64,000 bases of DNA from Candidatus Nomurabacteria bacterium (GCA_023898605.1 CP060230.1:3944-67943); one strand, 5' to 3'; positions 10,658-20,501 are shown, counted from the first letter of the stretch. Numbers and translations: made by a program. The notes: a model not told the origin generated them from the letters alone.

Positions 10658-12502
10658 TTAAAGTATTTTTATATAATCAAGCCAAGGAATAGAATTTTTT
10701 TCCTCTGGGTTTATATATATAGTCCCTGTTCCTTGCGCGGGTATGATTTGGCCAGAAATCCTATCAAGATTTTTGTTTAGTTCTTGTATTTCTGTTTGTG
10801 GTTTTGAGGAAAACTCCGTATATCCCTTGCTGTAAGAAGGATCTTCCCCATATATATAATCTATTTTACCAGTACTTTTTTCTAAATCTATATATTTTTC
10901 ATTTATTTTTATAGATTCAAAATCCAGATCTTTATAGGATAGGTTTACTATATATATAGCAATTTGCCCTTTAGAATTTATATAAGGATACATTCTTATA
11001 TCTTCTAACAAAGAATCACTTTGTGAAAGGTTTCGGATAGTTATTTTTGCTGGCACATAGTTTGATTTGAAAACATCTCTTATTGATCTAAAAGAGAAAT
11101 ATGGTGTCCTTCTAACAAAATTTCCGACATCTTCCGGCTCATTGTTTTTTGTATTGTTCAAAACATGGCGCTTGTTTATCATTGCATTTCCACCACTGGT
11201 TGAGAGCGTGTGGTAGTTTGCTAATTTTATAAAATTTCCATGCTCAGAGTTTTCTTTATTTAGTAGATTTATAAAATCACCAACAAAAGCTGCGTGTAAT
11301 ATCGAGTTGGCTAGAGCGCCACCGGTTTTGCTATTGTCTTGGTTTATGTTCCATTCTGTTACGATCATATCTTTGTTTTCAAAAGTTTTTCTGTAGTACT
11401 CTAATATCACAGGGATAGAGGTATCTAGATTGTTCGATATACTTTCGTTGTCTATGGTTCTCAGCTCTTTAACGGAACATTCAAAAATAGAATTTTTATC
11501 CATTGTTTTGTATATATCATTACAACCAAAAAATCCATGATAAAAGTGCATTACATAAGTATCATAATTTCTTTCCTGCATTTCTTCGTTGAGCGCGATA
11601 TTCCACTGTGAGTTGAAGCTGTAATCAGAGTCGAAACCATCTGCGGTCTCTTCAAATCCTTTTTTGGGAGCAGAAGTCACTGCAAACTTTATCTCCGGAT
11701 AGACGTTTTTTATTTTTGATCTAAATTCTTCCGCACCATCAAGATATCTTGAAACAGCTAACTGTGCTTGTATTTTTGGGTCTCCAGATTGATAGTAATC
11801 ATTTCCCTTTGAATACATTTCATTTCCCATTTCTACATATTCTATATTTACACCAGAGTCTATCAGGAAAGATATTTGCTCCAAGATTTCATCGGGTGTT
11901 CCGTTTTTCATGTTTATTGTGTATGAAATACTAGAATTTGATACTTTTGATATATCCACAATGTCTCTTATGAAGTTTCTCGGCAATTTGTTTTGGTAAC
12001 CCTCGAGGTAAGAAAGTCCTCCATACTTTGATTTCGGAGAAGTTATTTCTTGAACCTCTTTTTCTTCACCTGTTTTTTCTCTGTCTGAGATTATGTAACC
12101 AAAACCTCTAACTTCGTTATTGGGAAGAAGATTAATTTTTTCTTCAGGTGTTAGTAATTTTTCAACCTGATCATCAGATAGCCATACTCTTTGATAGTGT
12201 ACCAAGCCACCAACGTTTCTTATTGAATTAAGCGATAGTTCTGTCAATAAGGTTTTTATATCTTCGTCACCCCAAGGACCTATTTCGTCCCAGTACTTTG
12301 CAAGGTTTGCTCCGTATATGTTTTTTTCTACAGGCATTGACTCAGTGCTTTCTATACTTATATTTAGATTCAATATCTTCGTGTTTTGTACTATTGGTTT
12401 TGTATATTCTGCTTTTTTAATAAAAAATAAGGCTAAAACAAAAAGTACCAGTATAATAATTCCCAAAAAAAATTTTATATATTTATGTCTTTTTGGTTCC
12501 AT
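10658..12502 (-). CDS. membrane-anchored clan GH-A glycoside hydrolase-like protein
   Basis: An N-terminal TM helix is followed by a VEMGNEMY (acid/base NE) motif and an IVTEWN (nucleophile TE) motif typical of the GH5/GH30/GH39 clan. Confidence 0.45.
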   Translation of the reverse strand: MEPKRHKYIKFFLGIIILVLFVLALFFIKKAEYTKPIVQNTKILNLNISIESTESMPVEKNIYGANLAKYWDEIGPWGDEDIKTLLTELSLNSIRNVGGLVHYQRVWLSDDQVEKLLTPEEKINLLPNNEVRGFGYIISDREKTGEEKEVQEITSPKSKYGGLSYLEGYQNKLPRNFIRDIVDISKVSNSSISYTINMKNGTPDEILEQISFLIDSGVNIEYVEMGNEMYSKGNDYYQSGDPKIQAQLAVSRYLDGAEEFRSKIKNVYPEIKFAVTSAPKKGFEETADGFDSDYSFNSQWNIALNEEMQERNYDTYVMHFYHGFFGCNDIYKTMDKNSIFECSVKELRTIDNESISNNLDTSIPVILEYYRKTFENKDMIVTEWNINQDNSKTGGALANSILHAAFVGDFINLLNKENSEHGNFIKLANYHTLSTSGGNAMINKRHVLNNTKNNEPEDVGNFVRRTPYFSFRSIRDVFKSNYVPAKITIRNLSQSDSLLEDIRMYPYINSKGQIAIYIVNLSYKDLDFESIKINEKYIDLEKSTGKIDYIYGEDPSYSKGYTEFSSKPQTEIQELNKNLDRISGQIIPAQGTGTIYINPEEKNSIPWLDYIKIL

Positions 12503-12506
12503 GATT

Positions 12507-13928
12507 TTATTCTAAACCAAGATAGATGTTTTCTTCTATATATTTTATAAGATCCAAAGTGTCTTCTTTTCTATCATTGCTTCCTAGTACGATTATTCCA
12601 ATAGGACGCTTGGTAAACTCGTTTACATTTATTTCAAAAATACCAAGATTTGTTTCTTTGGCGAGAGATGTGTAACCACGTTTTCCTCCCATGTATCCTT
12701 CTTGCCCCAAGAACTGACTCGTGTTTTTCCAGTAGTGATTTTCGGTTTCATAATCTTTTTCTACGGTTGTCTCAAGTACATATGGTTTGTAGAAGTATAT
12801 GTATCTAGCGAGTTTTAAGAGATCATACGCCGTTGATGTATTGAACTCTGATAATCCACTTGGATCATAAAATGTAGTGTATTCTAGCCCTATTGATTGA
12901 GCTTTTTTGTTCATCTGTTCTATAAAGTGATTTCTTCCTACAAATCTTGCCAATATTTCTGCAGCGTCGTTAGAAGAAACAAGTAATAGGGGATATATAA
13001 GGTCGCTTGTTGGGATTTTTTCTCCTACACTAAATCCGCCGTTTTGCCCCTCGGCACTAAGCATGTCTTTGGTTATTGTTACATCTCTTCTCTGACTTAC
13101 AACTTCTAGTTCTGTTAGGGCTGTCATTAGTTTTGTAACAGAAGCTATAGGTCTTACTTCAAGCATGTTCTTTGCAAGCAAGATTTCTCCACTTTCGAGG
13201 TCTCCCACTATATAACTTTCTGAATCAATATTTGGTTTTTTGTTTTTATCTAAAAGAAAATAACTTTCACCTTGAGCTATTTTCCCTATTTCTGATTCGC
13301 TATATATAGAAACTTTTGTTCCTATGTCTGACCATTCGTACAGATCTTTTGCATCTTCTGTCGAAAGTCTTATGCATCCACCAGAGTATTGTGATGTTTT
13401 TGGGTAGGGTATTCCATTTTCATAGCTAGGCCATCCGTGTATAAAAAAGTTTCCAAAAAACTGCATACTATATGGCATCCAAGCTCTACCGACAGAAGAA
13501 AGATGGTTTTCTTCCTTTGTTTTTATAGAAAATTCTCCACCTGGGGTTTCCCAGTAGCTTCCAGGTTTTCCTTTGCGTAATACTTCTATTTCTTTTACTA
13601 CCTCGCCGTCTTCGTAGGCAAAAAGCTTCATTGTCTCTAGATTTATTCTTATTATTTTTCCTTCTTCTGGAGGAATAAAATCTTCGTCTGTTATATTTCC
13701 CAGATACACTCCAGCTGTTTTGTCTTCTGGAGGAGTGTATGCTACAGCCTCTATAACTTCAGCTTTATTTTTTCTACCTATGAGATTTTCAGTTTCGTCT
13801 ACGATCTTTGAAAATTCTATTTTAACGAAACTTCCACCAGCTAAAACAACGTGAGAAATTAGTATTCCACTTCCTATTGCGACAAAAACCATTACGAAAA
13901 AATATATTCTCGAAAAGAATTTTTTCAT
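12507..13928 (-). CDS. fusion of L,D-transpeptidase (YkuD) and D-alanyl-D-alanine carboxypeptidase (peptidase S11)
   Basis: After an N-terminal TM, the YkuD catalytic region is FIHGWPSYENG..SGGCIRL. The C-terminal half carries the SxxK motif (ASVTKLMTA) and the SxN motif (VSSNDAA) of PBP5/DacA-type carboxypeptidases. Confidence 0.65.
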   Translation of the reverse strand: MKKFFSRIYFFVMVFVAIGSGILISHVVLAGGSFVKIEFSKIVDETENLIGRKNKAEVIEAVAYTPPEDKTAGVYLGNITDEDFIPPEEGKIIRINLETMKLFAYEDGEVVKEIEVLRKGKPGSYWETPGGEFSIKTKEENHLSSVGRAWMPYSMQFFGNFFIHGWPSYENGIPYPKTSQYSGGCIRLSTEDAKDLYEWSDIGTKVSIYSESEIGKIAQGESYFLLDKNKKPNIDSESYIVGDLESGEILLAKNMLEVRPIASVTKLMTALTELEVVSQRRDVTITKDMLSAEGQNGGFSVGEKIPTSDLIYPLLLVSSNDAAEILARFVGRNHFIEQMNKKAQSIGLEYTTFYDPSGLSEFNTSTAYDLLKLARYIYFYKPYVLETTVEKDYETENHYWKNTSQFLGQEGYMGGKRGYTSLAKETNLGIFEINVNEFTKRPIGIIVLGSNDRKEDTLDLIKYIEENIYLGLE

Positions 13929-13929
13929 T

Positions 13930-15903
13930 TTATTCGGCGAGTATAAAGTCTATAGTTTTATTGTCCATGTCGACCTCTTTTGCTTTTATTTTTATCGGGT
14001 CACCGAGCCTTAGTTTTTTCTTTGATTTTTTTGCGGCCAGGATGGTTCCATATTCATCTACTGACCATTCGTCATCAGAAAGATCTTCGATTCTTATAAC
14101 GCCTTCTGCCTTTGAAAGGTTATCACTTACAAAAATACCCCAATCCATGATACCGGTTATAGTTCCTTCTAGAGTTTCACTCTTGTGTTGTCCAATATAT
14201 TCTACTTGCTTCCACTTGATAGAAGTCCTCTCTGCTTCTTGAGCATCACGCTCTCTTTGAGACGAGTGTATACATATATCTTCGTATATAGGCAGGTCTT
14301 TCATCGGGATTTTTTCTCCTTTGAGCCTTGCCTTTAGTAGTCTGTGCACTACAAGATCTGGATAACGTCTTATAGGTGAAGTGAAGTGTGTATAGTGAGA
14401 AAGCGCTAGACCAAAGTGTCCTATGTTGTCTGTAGAATATATAGCTTTTGCCATAGATCTTATAAGTAGATCATTTATTATGTCTTGTTCGTTTGTACCA
14501 TGTACTTCCTCGACTATTCTTTCTATATCTTTTGGAGTTATTTCTTTCTTATTGTAATTTTGTGCTTCGAGTTTATATCCAAGGTGTTTTAGAAGGGAAA
14601 CGAGGTCGCCAACTCTTTCTTTGTCAGGTGTATCATGAACTCTGTATACAAATATACCCATACCTTTTTTCTTTGGTGTCATAAATCTAGCCACGCGCTC
14701 GTTTGCAAGTAGCATTAGGTCTTCTATTATTTCGTTTGTTCTTTGGTGTATTTTGTGACTTACAGATATAGGTACACCTTTTTGATCAAGCAAAAACTTA
14801 ACCTCTACTTGTTCTGCCACGATACTACCTCGCTTCATTCTCTTGTCTCGTAGTTTTCTTGTTATTTCATCTAATTTTTTTAGCTCGTCAGAAAGTATGC
14901 CACCTTTTTCTAGAGAATCTTGCGCCTCTTCGTATGTAAATCTTTTTTTAGACTGTATAACTGTTTCGCCAAACCACTCACTTAAAACATTTCCGTGTTT
15001 GTCCATATTGAAAATAGCACTCATTGTTAGCCTGTCTTGGCCTTCGACAAGAGAACAAAGGTTGTTTGAAAGCACGTGTGGAAGCATGGGGATTGTTCTG
15101 TCTACCATATACACAGAAGTTGCTCTGTCGTATGCCTCCTCATCTATCTGGCTACCATTTGTTACAAAAAAAGATACGTCTGCTATATGGACTCCAACTT
15201 CATATGTTTCGTTTCCAAGATCTTTTATGTGTATAGCGTCGTCGAAGTCTTTGGCATCAAACGGGTCTATTGTAAATACTTTTTCTTCACGTAAATCTCT
15301 TCTTCTAACTTTTTCTTTTTCACTTATACCCCTTCTTTCTAATTCTCCTGCTTCAAAAACAACATCTTTTTCGTGTTCCGGAACAAAGCCTCTTTCTAGT
15401 GCTATACCAGCCATGTGAGCATTGTGTTCGCCAGACTTTCCGAGAACCCTTTCGACTTCTCCTATTGGGAGTTGTCTTCTACTTTTCCATTCTGAAATAC
15501 TACAAAGAACTAGGTCACCCTCTTTGCTACCAGAAAGATATTCTTTTGGGATAAGTATTTCTGTATGTATTCTTTTGTCTGTAGGGGATACCAAGAAAGC
15601 ATCACCCTCTTTGATTATTTTTCCTACACAGCCTCTTCGGCCTTTTCTCAATATCTCTTTTACTTCACCTGTTAAATAGCGATTTTTTTGTTTTGGGTGA
15701 ACTAGTATTTTTACAGTATCGCCATGGAGAGCCGTTCCGAGAAAGTCTGGATCTATACTAATCCTTTTTTTACCGTTTGGGTCTATAACCGTACCCCAGC
15801 CTCGAAGCGACACCGAAAGGTTGCCTATAACATAGCGACTAGAAGTTTCTTTACCGGTCTTTGTTTTCTTTGGTTTTTTCATTTCTAGGGATAATAATAC
15901 CAC
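13930..15903 (-). CDS. rnr: ribonuclease R
   Basis: Cold-shock-like N-terminal domains, the RNB catalytic domain (DPFDAKDFDDAIHI) and a C-terminal S1 domain are all present. Confidence 0.85.
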   Translation of the reverse strand: MVLLSLEMKKPKKTKTGKETSSRYVIGNLSVSLRGWGTVIDPNGKKRISIDPDFLGTALHGDTVKILVHPKQKNRYLTGEVKEILRKGRRGCVGKIIKEGDAFLVSPTDKRIHTEILIPKEYLSGSKEGDLVLCSISEWKSRRQLPIGEVERVLGKSGEHNAHMAGIALERGFVPEHEKDVVFEAGELERRGISEKEKVRRRDLREEKVFTIDPFDAKDFDDAIHIKDLGNETYEVGVHIADVSFFVTNGSQIDEEAYDRATSVYMVDRTIPMLPHVLSNNLCSLVEGQDRLTMSAIFNMDKHGNVLSEWFGETVIQSKKRFTYEEAQDSLEKGGILSDELKKLDEITRKLRDKRMKRGSIVAEQVEVKFLLDQKGVPISVSHKIHQRTNEIIEDLMLLANERVARFMTPKKKGMGIFVYRVHDTPDKERVGDLVSLLKHLGYKLEAQNYNKKEITPKDIERIVEEVHGTNEQDIINDLLIRSMAKAIYSTDNIGHFGLALSHYTHFTSPIRRYPDLVVHRLLKARLKGEKIPMKDLPIYEDICIHSSQRERDAQEAERTSIKWKQVEYIGQHKSETLEGTITGIMDWGIFVSDNLSKAEGVIRIEDLSDDEWSVDEYGTILAAKKSKKKLRLGDPIKIKAKEVDMDNKTIDFILAE

Positions 15904-15954
15904 AGGTTTTCGGATTTGACCGAATCGATTTATTTTGGTAATATCACTCTCGTT

Positions 15955-16260
15955 ATGTTAACCATAAGAATGCAAAGAACAGGAAGAAAAAACCAGCCTT
16001 TTTTCAAGATCGTACTTACTGATTCGAAGAGGGCACCTAAGAGCGGTAAATTTATCGACTCTTTGGGCTACTACAATCCGAAAAGCGGAGAAGTTGTTTT
16101 GAAAGGTGACGAGATAAAAAGAAGAATCAAGGAGGGAGCAAAGACTTCTGAGACAGTTCATAACTTTCTAGTAAAAGAAGGACTTATAGACTCAAAGAAG
16201 GTAAACAATCTTCCTAAAAAAGCACCAACTAAGAAGAGAAAAGAACTAAAACAATCATAA
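15955..16260 (+). CDS. rpsP: 30S ribosomal protein S16 with a basic C-terminal extension
   Basis: MLTIRMQRTGRKNQPFFKIVLTDSKRAPKSGKFIDSLGYYNP aligns with E. coli S16 ([36 protein letters not shown]). The start was moved to the internal ATG at 15955. Confidence 0.85.
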   Translation: MLTIRMQRTGRKNQPFFKIVLTDSKRAPKSGKFIDSLGYYNPKSGEVVLKGDEIKRRIKEGAKTSETVHNFLVKEGLIDSKKVNNLPKKAPTKKRKELKQS

Positions 16261-16363
16261 TTTTTGGTTGAATTTTTCTGCTTAGATTGTATACTATAAT
16301 TTGACTCCAGGAGTGGTCGCTGACTCTGGGATGATTATCATAAAAGGCGATAAGAATTTGAAA

Positions 16364-16693
16364 ATGGAACAAAATGATAAAGCTTTTCTAGAATACGTAG
16401 TAAAAGCACTGGTAGATAATCCAGATGATGTAAAAGTAGATAGAACAGTAGATGAAATGGGAGTACTCATAACTCTGTCAGTAAACAAAGACGATATGGG
16501 TAAGATAATCGGAAGACAAGGAAACACAGCAAAAGCTATAAGAACACTTCTAAGAGTTATCGGTATGAAAAATAACTCTAGAGTAAACCTAAAGATCAAT
16601 GAGCCAGAAGGTGGAATGGGAGGATCATCTATGGGCGGAGGAGATAACTCTTCAGTAGTAGATGAGGCAATGGAAGATCTAAAAGGAATCTAA
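16364..16693 (+). CDS. KH-domain RNA-binding protein (YlqC/UPF0109-like) downstream of rpsP
   Basis: The KH motif IGRQGNTAKAIRTLL and the conserved rpsP-KH gene order support the call. The start is at MEQNDKAF. Confidence 0.6.
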   Translation: MEQNDKAFLEYVVKALVDNPDDVKVDRTVDEMGVLITLSVNKDDMGKIIGRQGNTAKAIRTLLRVIGMKNNSRVNLKINEPEGGMGGSSMGGGDNSSVVDEAMEDLKGI

Positions 16694-16700
16694 ATAAACA

Positions 16701-16729
16701 AAAACCGGGTTAACCCGGTTTTTGTTTTT
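16701..16729 (+). terminator. rho-independent terminator
   Basis: An aaaaccgggttaacccggtttttgttttt hairpin is followed by a T-run. Confidence 0.6.
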
Positions 16730-16738
16730 GATATAATT

Positions 16739-17044
16739 TTGGACGTGAATAAAACTTTTTCTTATAAATCAAAAATATGGATTTATCCAGGGGAAGCTGC
16801 TTGGTATTTTGTCAGTATAGTTGGTAAAACCGCGGAAGAAATAAGGGCTCTTCAAACTAAACTCCCCAAAAGAGGCTTTGGATCTATAAGAGTAAGTGTA
16901 ACCCTAGGAGAGAGTTCATGGGATACATCTATATTTCGTGATAATAGGTCCGGAGGATACCTCCTGCCTATAAAGAAATCTATAAGAAAAAAGGAGGGAG
17001 TCTGGGAAGGAGACGAAGTAGAGCTAAAAATAGCCATAAGATGA
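16739..17044 (+). CDS. DUF1905-like small protein
   Basis: Residues W..F..I, a G.IRVSVTLG motif, the conserved W and a GDEVEL C-terminal pattern resemble the DUF1905 (YdeI/OmpD-associated) fold. Confidence 0.4.
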   Translation: MDVNKTFSYKSKIWIYPGEAAWYFVSIVGKTAEEIRALQTKLPKRGFGSIRVSVTLGESSWDTSIFRDNRSGGYLLPIKKSIRKKEGVWEGDEVELKIAIR

Positions 17045-17156
17045 GAAAAACCCCTTTGTGGAGAAAAAGAGGCGGTTTTCCCCTAGAATTGGTATAATAC
17101 TACTGTTATCAAATAACATCCTCTTTTTAGATTATAGAAAGGGAATAAACAAAAAT

Positions 17157-17411
17157 ATGGAAAAGAAAACATCTGCATTTATGAAGCCTATGAATATCAG
17201 CGATGATCTTGCTGCTGTTGTGGGTAAGGGACCTATGCCTAGGTCAGAAGTTGTAAAGCAACTATGGGTTTATATCAAGGCAAATAACCTACAAGACCCA
17301 AGTAATAAGAGAAATATAAATGCTGACGCAAATCTAAAGAAGGTTTTTGGAGGAAAGGACGTTGTAAATATGTTCGAAATGACAAAGCTTGTTTCAAAAC
17401 ACCTGTCATAA
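17157..17411 (+). CDS. SWIB/MDM2 domain protein
   Basis: KPMNISDDLAAVVGKGPMPRSEVVKQLWVYIKANNLQDPSNKRNINADANLKKVFG is a canonical SWIB domain. The start is at the internal Met. Confidence 0.6.
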   Translation: MEKKTSAFMKPMNISDDLAAVVGKGPMPRSEVVKQLWVYIKANNLQDPSNKRNINADANLKKVFGGKDVVNMFEMTKLVSKHLS

Positions 17412-17433
17412 TCCCTTCTAAATAATAAGTGTA

Positions 17434-17460
17434 CAAAAGCCCCGAATAAGGGCTTTTGTG
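17434..17460 (+). terminator. rho-independent terminator
   Basis: An aaaagccc-gaataa-gggctttt hairpin is followed by T residues. Confidence 0.55.
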
Positions 17461-17500
17461 TTATAATAGAAGTATTATAAGTTTAATCTAATAAAAATAT

Positions 17501-18409
17501 ATGTTTGGTGCTATTGCTTTAGTTCTTGCTCTTCTAGTCGGTGGCGGTGTTGTCGCTGTTTCTGATGATGCTATTCCGGGTGACGCACTCTACGGCGTAG
17601 ATCTTGCTGTAGAAAAAATAAAATATTCTATAGCAGGTGAAGACAAAAAGAACGAATTAAAAATAAAATTTGCAGAAGAAAGAATCAAGGAAATTGGTGA
17701 ACTTGCTTCTGAAAAAGGCGTCAGTCTTACAAGTACAGATCTATCAACTGAAGAAATTTCTTCTCTCGAAGTTGAATTCTTCACTAATGAAACAATTGTA
17801 AAAATAGAAGCTGGTGATAAAAAATACGGCTTTCTAACAATAGAGAATACTCAAGACGCAGTAATCTCTGAAATTGCTTCTAGATATAATCTAGACCCAG
17901 AAAAAGTTAGGTCTATGGCTGTATTTTCTACAGAAGATAGAGAAAGTAGACCAGAAGACAAAGAGTTTCTAAATAAAACAAACTCACCGGTTTTCTCAGA
18001 CGATGAAAGTGACGATCTTTCAGATGCTCTAAAAAGTGCTGAAGGTATTTTCTCAGTAGAAGATGGTGACAACAAAGTAGAATCTCTAAAAAGTGTTGTA
18101 GAAGATTTATCTATAATACTTGGTAATGATTTCAAAATCGAAATAAAAACAGATGATGGAAAACTAAAAATCAAAAGTGATGATGACGAGCTAGAGATTG
18201 AGGCCGAAGACGAAAGTGACGACGATCATGGTTCATTATCTGATGACGATGACGACGATAACGATGATTCCATATCTGACGATGATGAAGACGATGATGA
18301 TAATTCTGGTAGTGGAAATAGTGATGACGACGACGATGATGATGACGACGACGATGACCACTCAGGAAAAGGCGGTGGAGGCGATGACGACGACGATGAC
18401 GATAATTAA
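17501..18409 (+). CDS. membrane-anchored hypothetical protein with an extreme poly-Asp C-terminal tail
   Basis: An N-terminal TM is followed by a PGDALYGVDLAVEKIK region that is DUF5667-like. The C-terminal ~70 aa are almost pure Asp with Asn/Ser/Gly, encoded by a gat/gac low-complexity repeat at about 18190-18410. Confidence 0.5.
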   Translation: MFGAIALVLALLVGGGVVAVSDDAIPGDALYGVDLAVEKIKYSIAGEDKKNELKIKFAEERIKEIGELASEKGVSLTSTDLSTEEISSLEVEFFTNETIVKIEAGDKKYGFLTIENTQDAVISEIASRYNLDPEKVRSMAVFSTEDRESRPEDKEFLNKTNSPVFSDDESDDLSDALKSAEGIFSVEDGDNKVESLKSVVEDLSIILGNDFKIEIKTDDGKLKIKSDDDELEIEAEDESDDDHGSLSDDDDDDNDDSISDDDEDDDDNSGSGNSDDDDDDDDDDDDHSGKGGGGDDDDDDDN

Positions 18410-18439
18410 TAAAAAATAAAAATCTTAGCATAAAGAAGT

Positions 18440-19237
18440 ATGCACTTTCACGTGGTTACGCTTTTTCCAGAAAGCTTCGATTCTTATCTCAAGGAATCGA
18501 TAATTGGTAGAGCAATAAAACAAAAAAAGATAAAAGTAACTTTCTACAATCCTCGAAAGTTTGTTTCTGGTAAATATAAGCGTGTTTGGCCAGACGGCAA
18601 CGTTTCTCTTATAGTAGATGGCAAGCCGTTTGGTGGTGGTCCCGGGATGATACTCCGGGCTGAACCGGTAATAAAAGCAATAGAAAAAGCACTAAACAAA
18701 ATCAATTCTGCTTCGCCAAGGCTTCGTAGAACTCCAAAAGTTAAGATAATAAACTTTGCACCAAGCGGAAAAAAGTTCTCTACAACTTATGCAAAAACTA
18801 CTTCAAAAAAATATACAGATATAATCCTTATATGTGGTAGATACGAGGGTATAGATGCTCGTATAAACAAAGTTTTCAAAACGGAAAAAATTTCTATCGG
18901 AGATTACGTTCTGACGGGCGGGGAACTCCCAGCAATGGTTGTTATAGACTCTATGGCAAGACAAATACCCGGGGTTCTGGGTAACCACGATTCTCTCGAA
19001 GAAGAAAGAGTCTCAAGTAGTGAGTTCTATACTAGACCAGAAGTGCTTACTTGGTTTAGTAAGTATAAGGTTGATAACTCAGGAAAGATTATTGAAAATA
19101 AACAAAGGTCTAAATCGTCGTCTCGACGATCGACCAACCATGCAAAGCAAGGTTTAGACAAAAAATACAAAGTCCCAAAAGTTCTCCTTTCTGGTGACCA
19201 CAAAAAGATAGAAGAATGGAAAAAAGGTAAAAAGTAA
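18440..19237 (+). CDS. trmD: tRNA (guanine37-N1)-methyltransferase
   Basis: MHFHVVTLFPESF..GRAIK..PYGGGPGM-type motifs (here KPFGGGPGMILRAEP) are present. It has a C-terminal extension. Confidence 0.8.
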   Translation: MHFHVVTLFPESFDSYLKESIIGRAIKQKKIKVTFYNPRKFVSGKYKRVWPDGNVSLIVDGKPFGGGPGMILRAEPVIKAIEKALNKINSASPRLRRTPKVKIINFAPSGKKFSTTYAKTTSKKYTDIILICGRYEGIDARINKVFKTEKISIGDYVLTGGELPAMVVIDSMARQIPGVLGNHDSLEEERVSSSEFYTRPEVLTWFSKYKVDNSGKIIENKQRSKSSSRRSTNHAKQGLDKKYKVPKVLLSGDHKKIEEWKKGKK

Positions 19238-19262
19238 AAAACCACCCCGGAGGGTGGTTTGT
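19237..19262. terminator. bidirectional rho-independent terminator
   Basis: An aaaaaaccaccccggagggtggttt hairpin has an A-run upstream and T residues downstream. It sits between convergent trmD and the lipoprotein gene. Confidence 0.55.
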
Positions 19263-19285
19263 ACTTTTGCGCTGGAATCTGTAAC

Positions 19286-19663
19286 TTAGTCCTTGTTAAG
19301 GAGATCCAGTGTTTTCTGGTAGCGGATTTCCCGATGGTTCGGGTCGTCCCAGATTCCTTCTATGATCGGCCTTCTTCCGACCTCGATGGCATCTATGACT
19401 TGCTGATATTCTGCCATCAGCTTATCGTCATAACTATCAGGGAGACAGAATGCTTTTGCATTTTTGCTGGTACCGAGGTAACCGTGGAGTTTGGGGAGGT
19501 TACCGATGATATTCTTATCGATACCTGTTACGGTCATCTGTACTCGCTCCTCAGAAACAGTAGTGCTTTTATCCACGAAGAATAGATTGGCATTACTGTT
19601 ACAGGCAGTAAAAAATACGGTGAAAACTGCAGAAATCAAAAGGGCAAAAATCAACTTTTTCAT
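19286..19663 (-). CDS. small lipoprotein (hypothetical) encoded by a locally GC-rich gene
   Basis: The signal peptide ends in the lipobox-like FFTAC. The gene is visibly GC-richer (~45%) than its neighbours. Confidence 0.45.
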   Translation of the reverse strand: MKKLIFALLISAVFTVFFTACNSNANLFFVDKSTTVSEERVQMTVTGIDKNIIGNLPKLHGYLGTSKNAKAFCLPDSYDDKLMAEYQQVIDAIEVGRRPIIEGIWDDPNHREIRYQKTLDLLNKD

Positions 19664-19772
19664 AGTAAAAACGGATTTGGTTTGACTATATTAAAACATA
19701 AAACTAGAGATTTTGCAAGTTTTTCCACAAAATATCTATATTTCCTATATATAAGTGATATAATCTATACAT

Positions 19773-20501
19773 ATGGAAAAACCACCAAAAATAATACAAA
19801 AAGCCAAAAAATGGTTAGGATTAGGAGTAATAGCGGGCGCTAGTATGCTACCAAACGAGTCTCAGGCTCAAGTAGAAACTAGTATGATAGAAGACGAGCC
19901 TTCTATAGAATCAGTAAGACAAGAAAATACCATAAGAGAAGAAGCTCCAGAAAAAACTGCTCACATAGAAGAAGCATATGAGGTTTCTTCTGGCGCGAGT
20001 CTAGAATCTCTAGAGTCAGAGAAAAGAGAGCTTCAAGCAGAATACAGAAAGATTGAAGCGGAATATGAACAAATAATAAACAAGTTTCTTGTTACGCTAA
20101 AAGAGTCAGAATTATTCTTGGCAAAAAACGGAGATAAGGAGGCAGCAAAAGCCTTCTCAAGGGCGGATATTTTACCAAAAGAGATAAAAGAAGCTTTTGA
20201 AAGTTTGGTTCAAAAAAGAGTTGGTCAAGAAATCACAGAAGAGGGTGCTGTCGAATATGTTTTTCAATATGTTTTTAATGGAACGGGCAACGATGAAAAA
20301 TCATCTGAGATAGCAAGCACGTTTCAATTTATGTTGGCACAAAAAACACTAGGAACTACTATTGATCAGAACAGTCAGGATATACAAAGACACGTTATTC
20401 TAGGAGAAGGGTACAAGGATCAAGTAAAAACTCTTTTAGAAATGCAAAAATTGCAACGACAAATAAGTTCTTTGGACGAGCAAATAGCTTCTCTTAACTA
20501 G
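19773..20501 (+). CDS. secreted coiled-coil hypothetical protein
   Basis: It has an N-terminal signal peptide with a basic N-region, a hydrophobic core and AQ-rich ends. The rest is E/K/Q-rich and coiled-coil-like. Confidence 0.35.
   Translation: MEKPPKIIQKAKKWLGLGVIAGASMLPNESQAQVETSMIEDEPSIESVRQENTIREEAPEKTAHIEEAYEVSSGASLESLESEKRELQAEYRKIEAEYEQIINKFLVTLKESELFLAKNGDKEAAKAFSRADILPKEIKEAFESLVQKRVGQEITEEGAVEYVFQYVFNGTGNDEKSSEIASTFQFMLAQKTLGTTIDQNSQDIQRHVILGEGYKDQVKTLLEMQKLQRQISSLDEQIASLN

Noticed and set aside
18171-18431. His/Arg-rich minus-strand ORF and Met/Thr-rich plus-frame ORF
   Set aside because: These are alternative-frame translations of the gat/gac poly-Asp coding repeat and are not independent genes.
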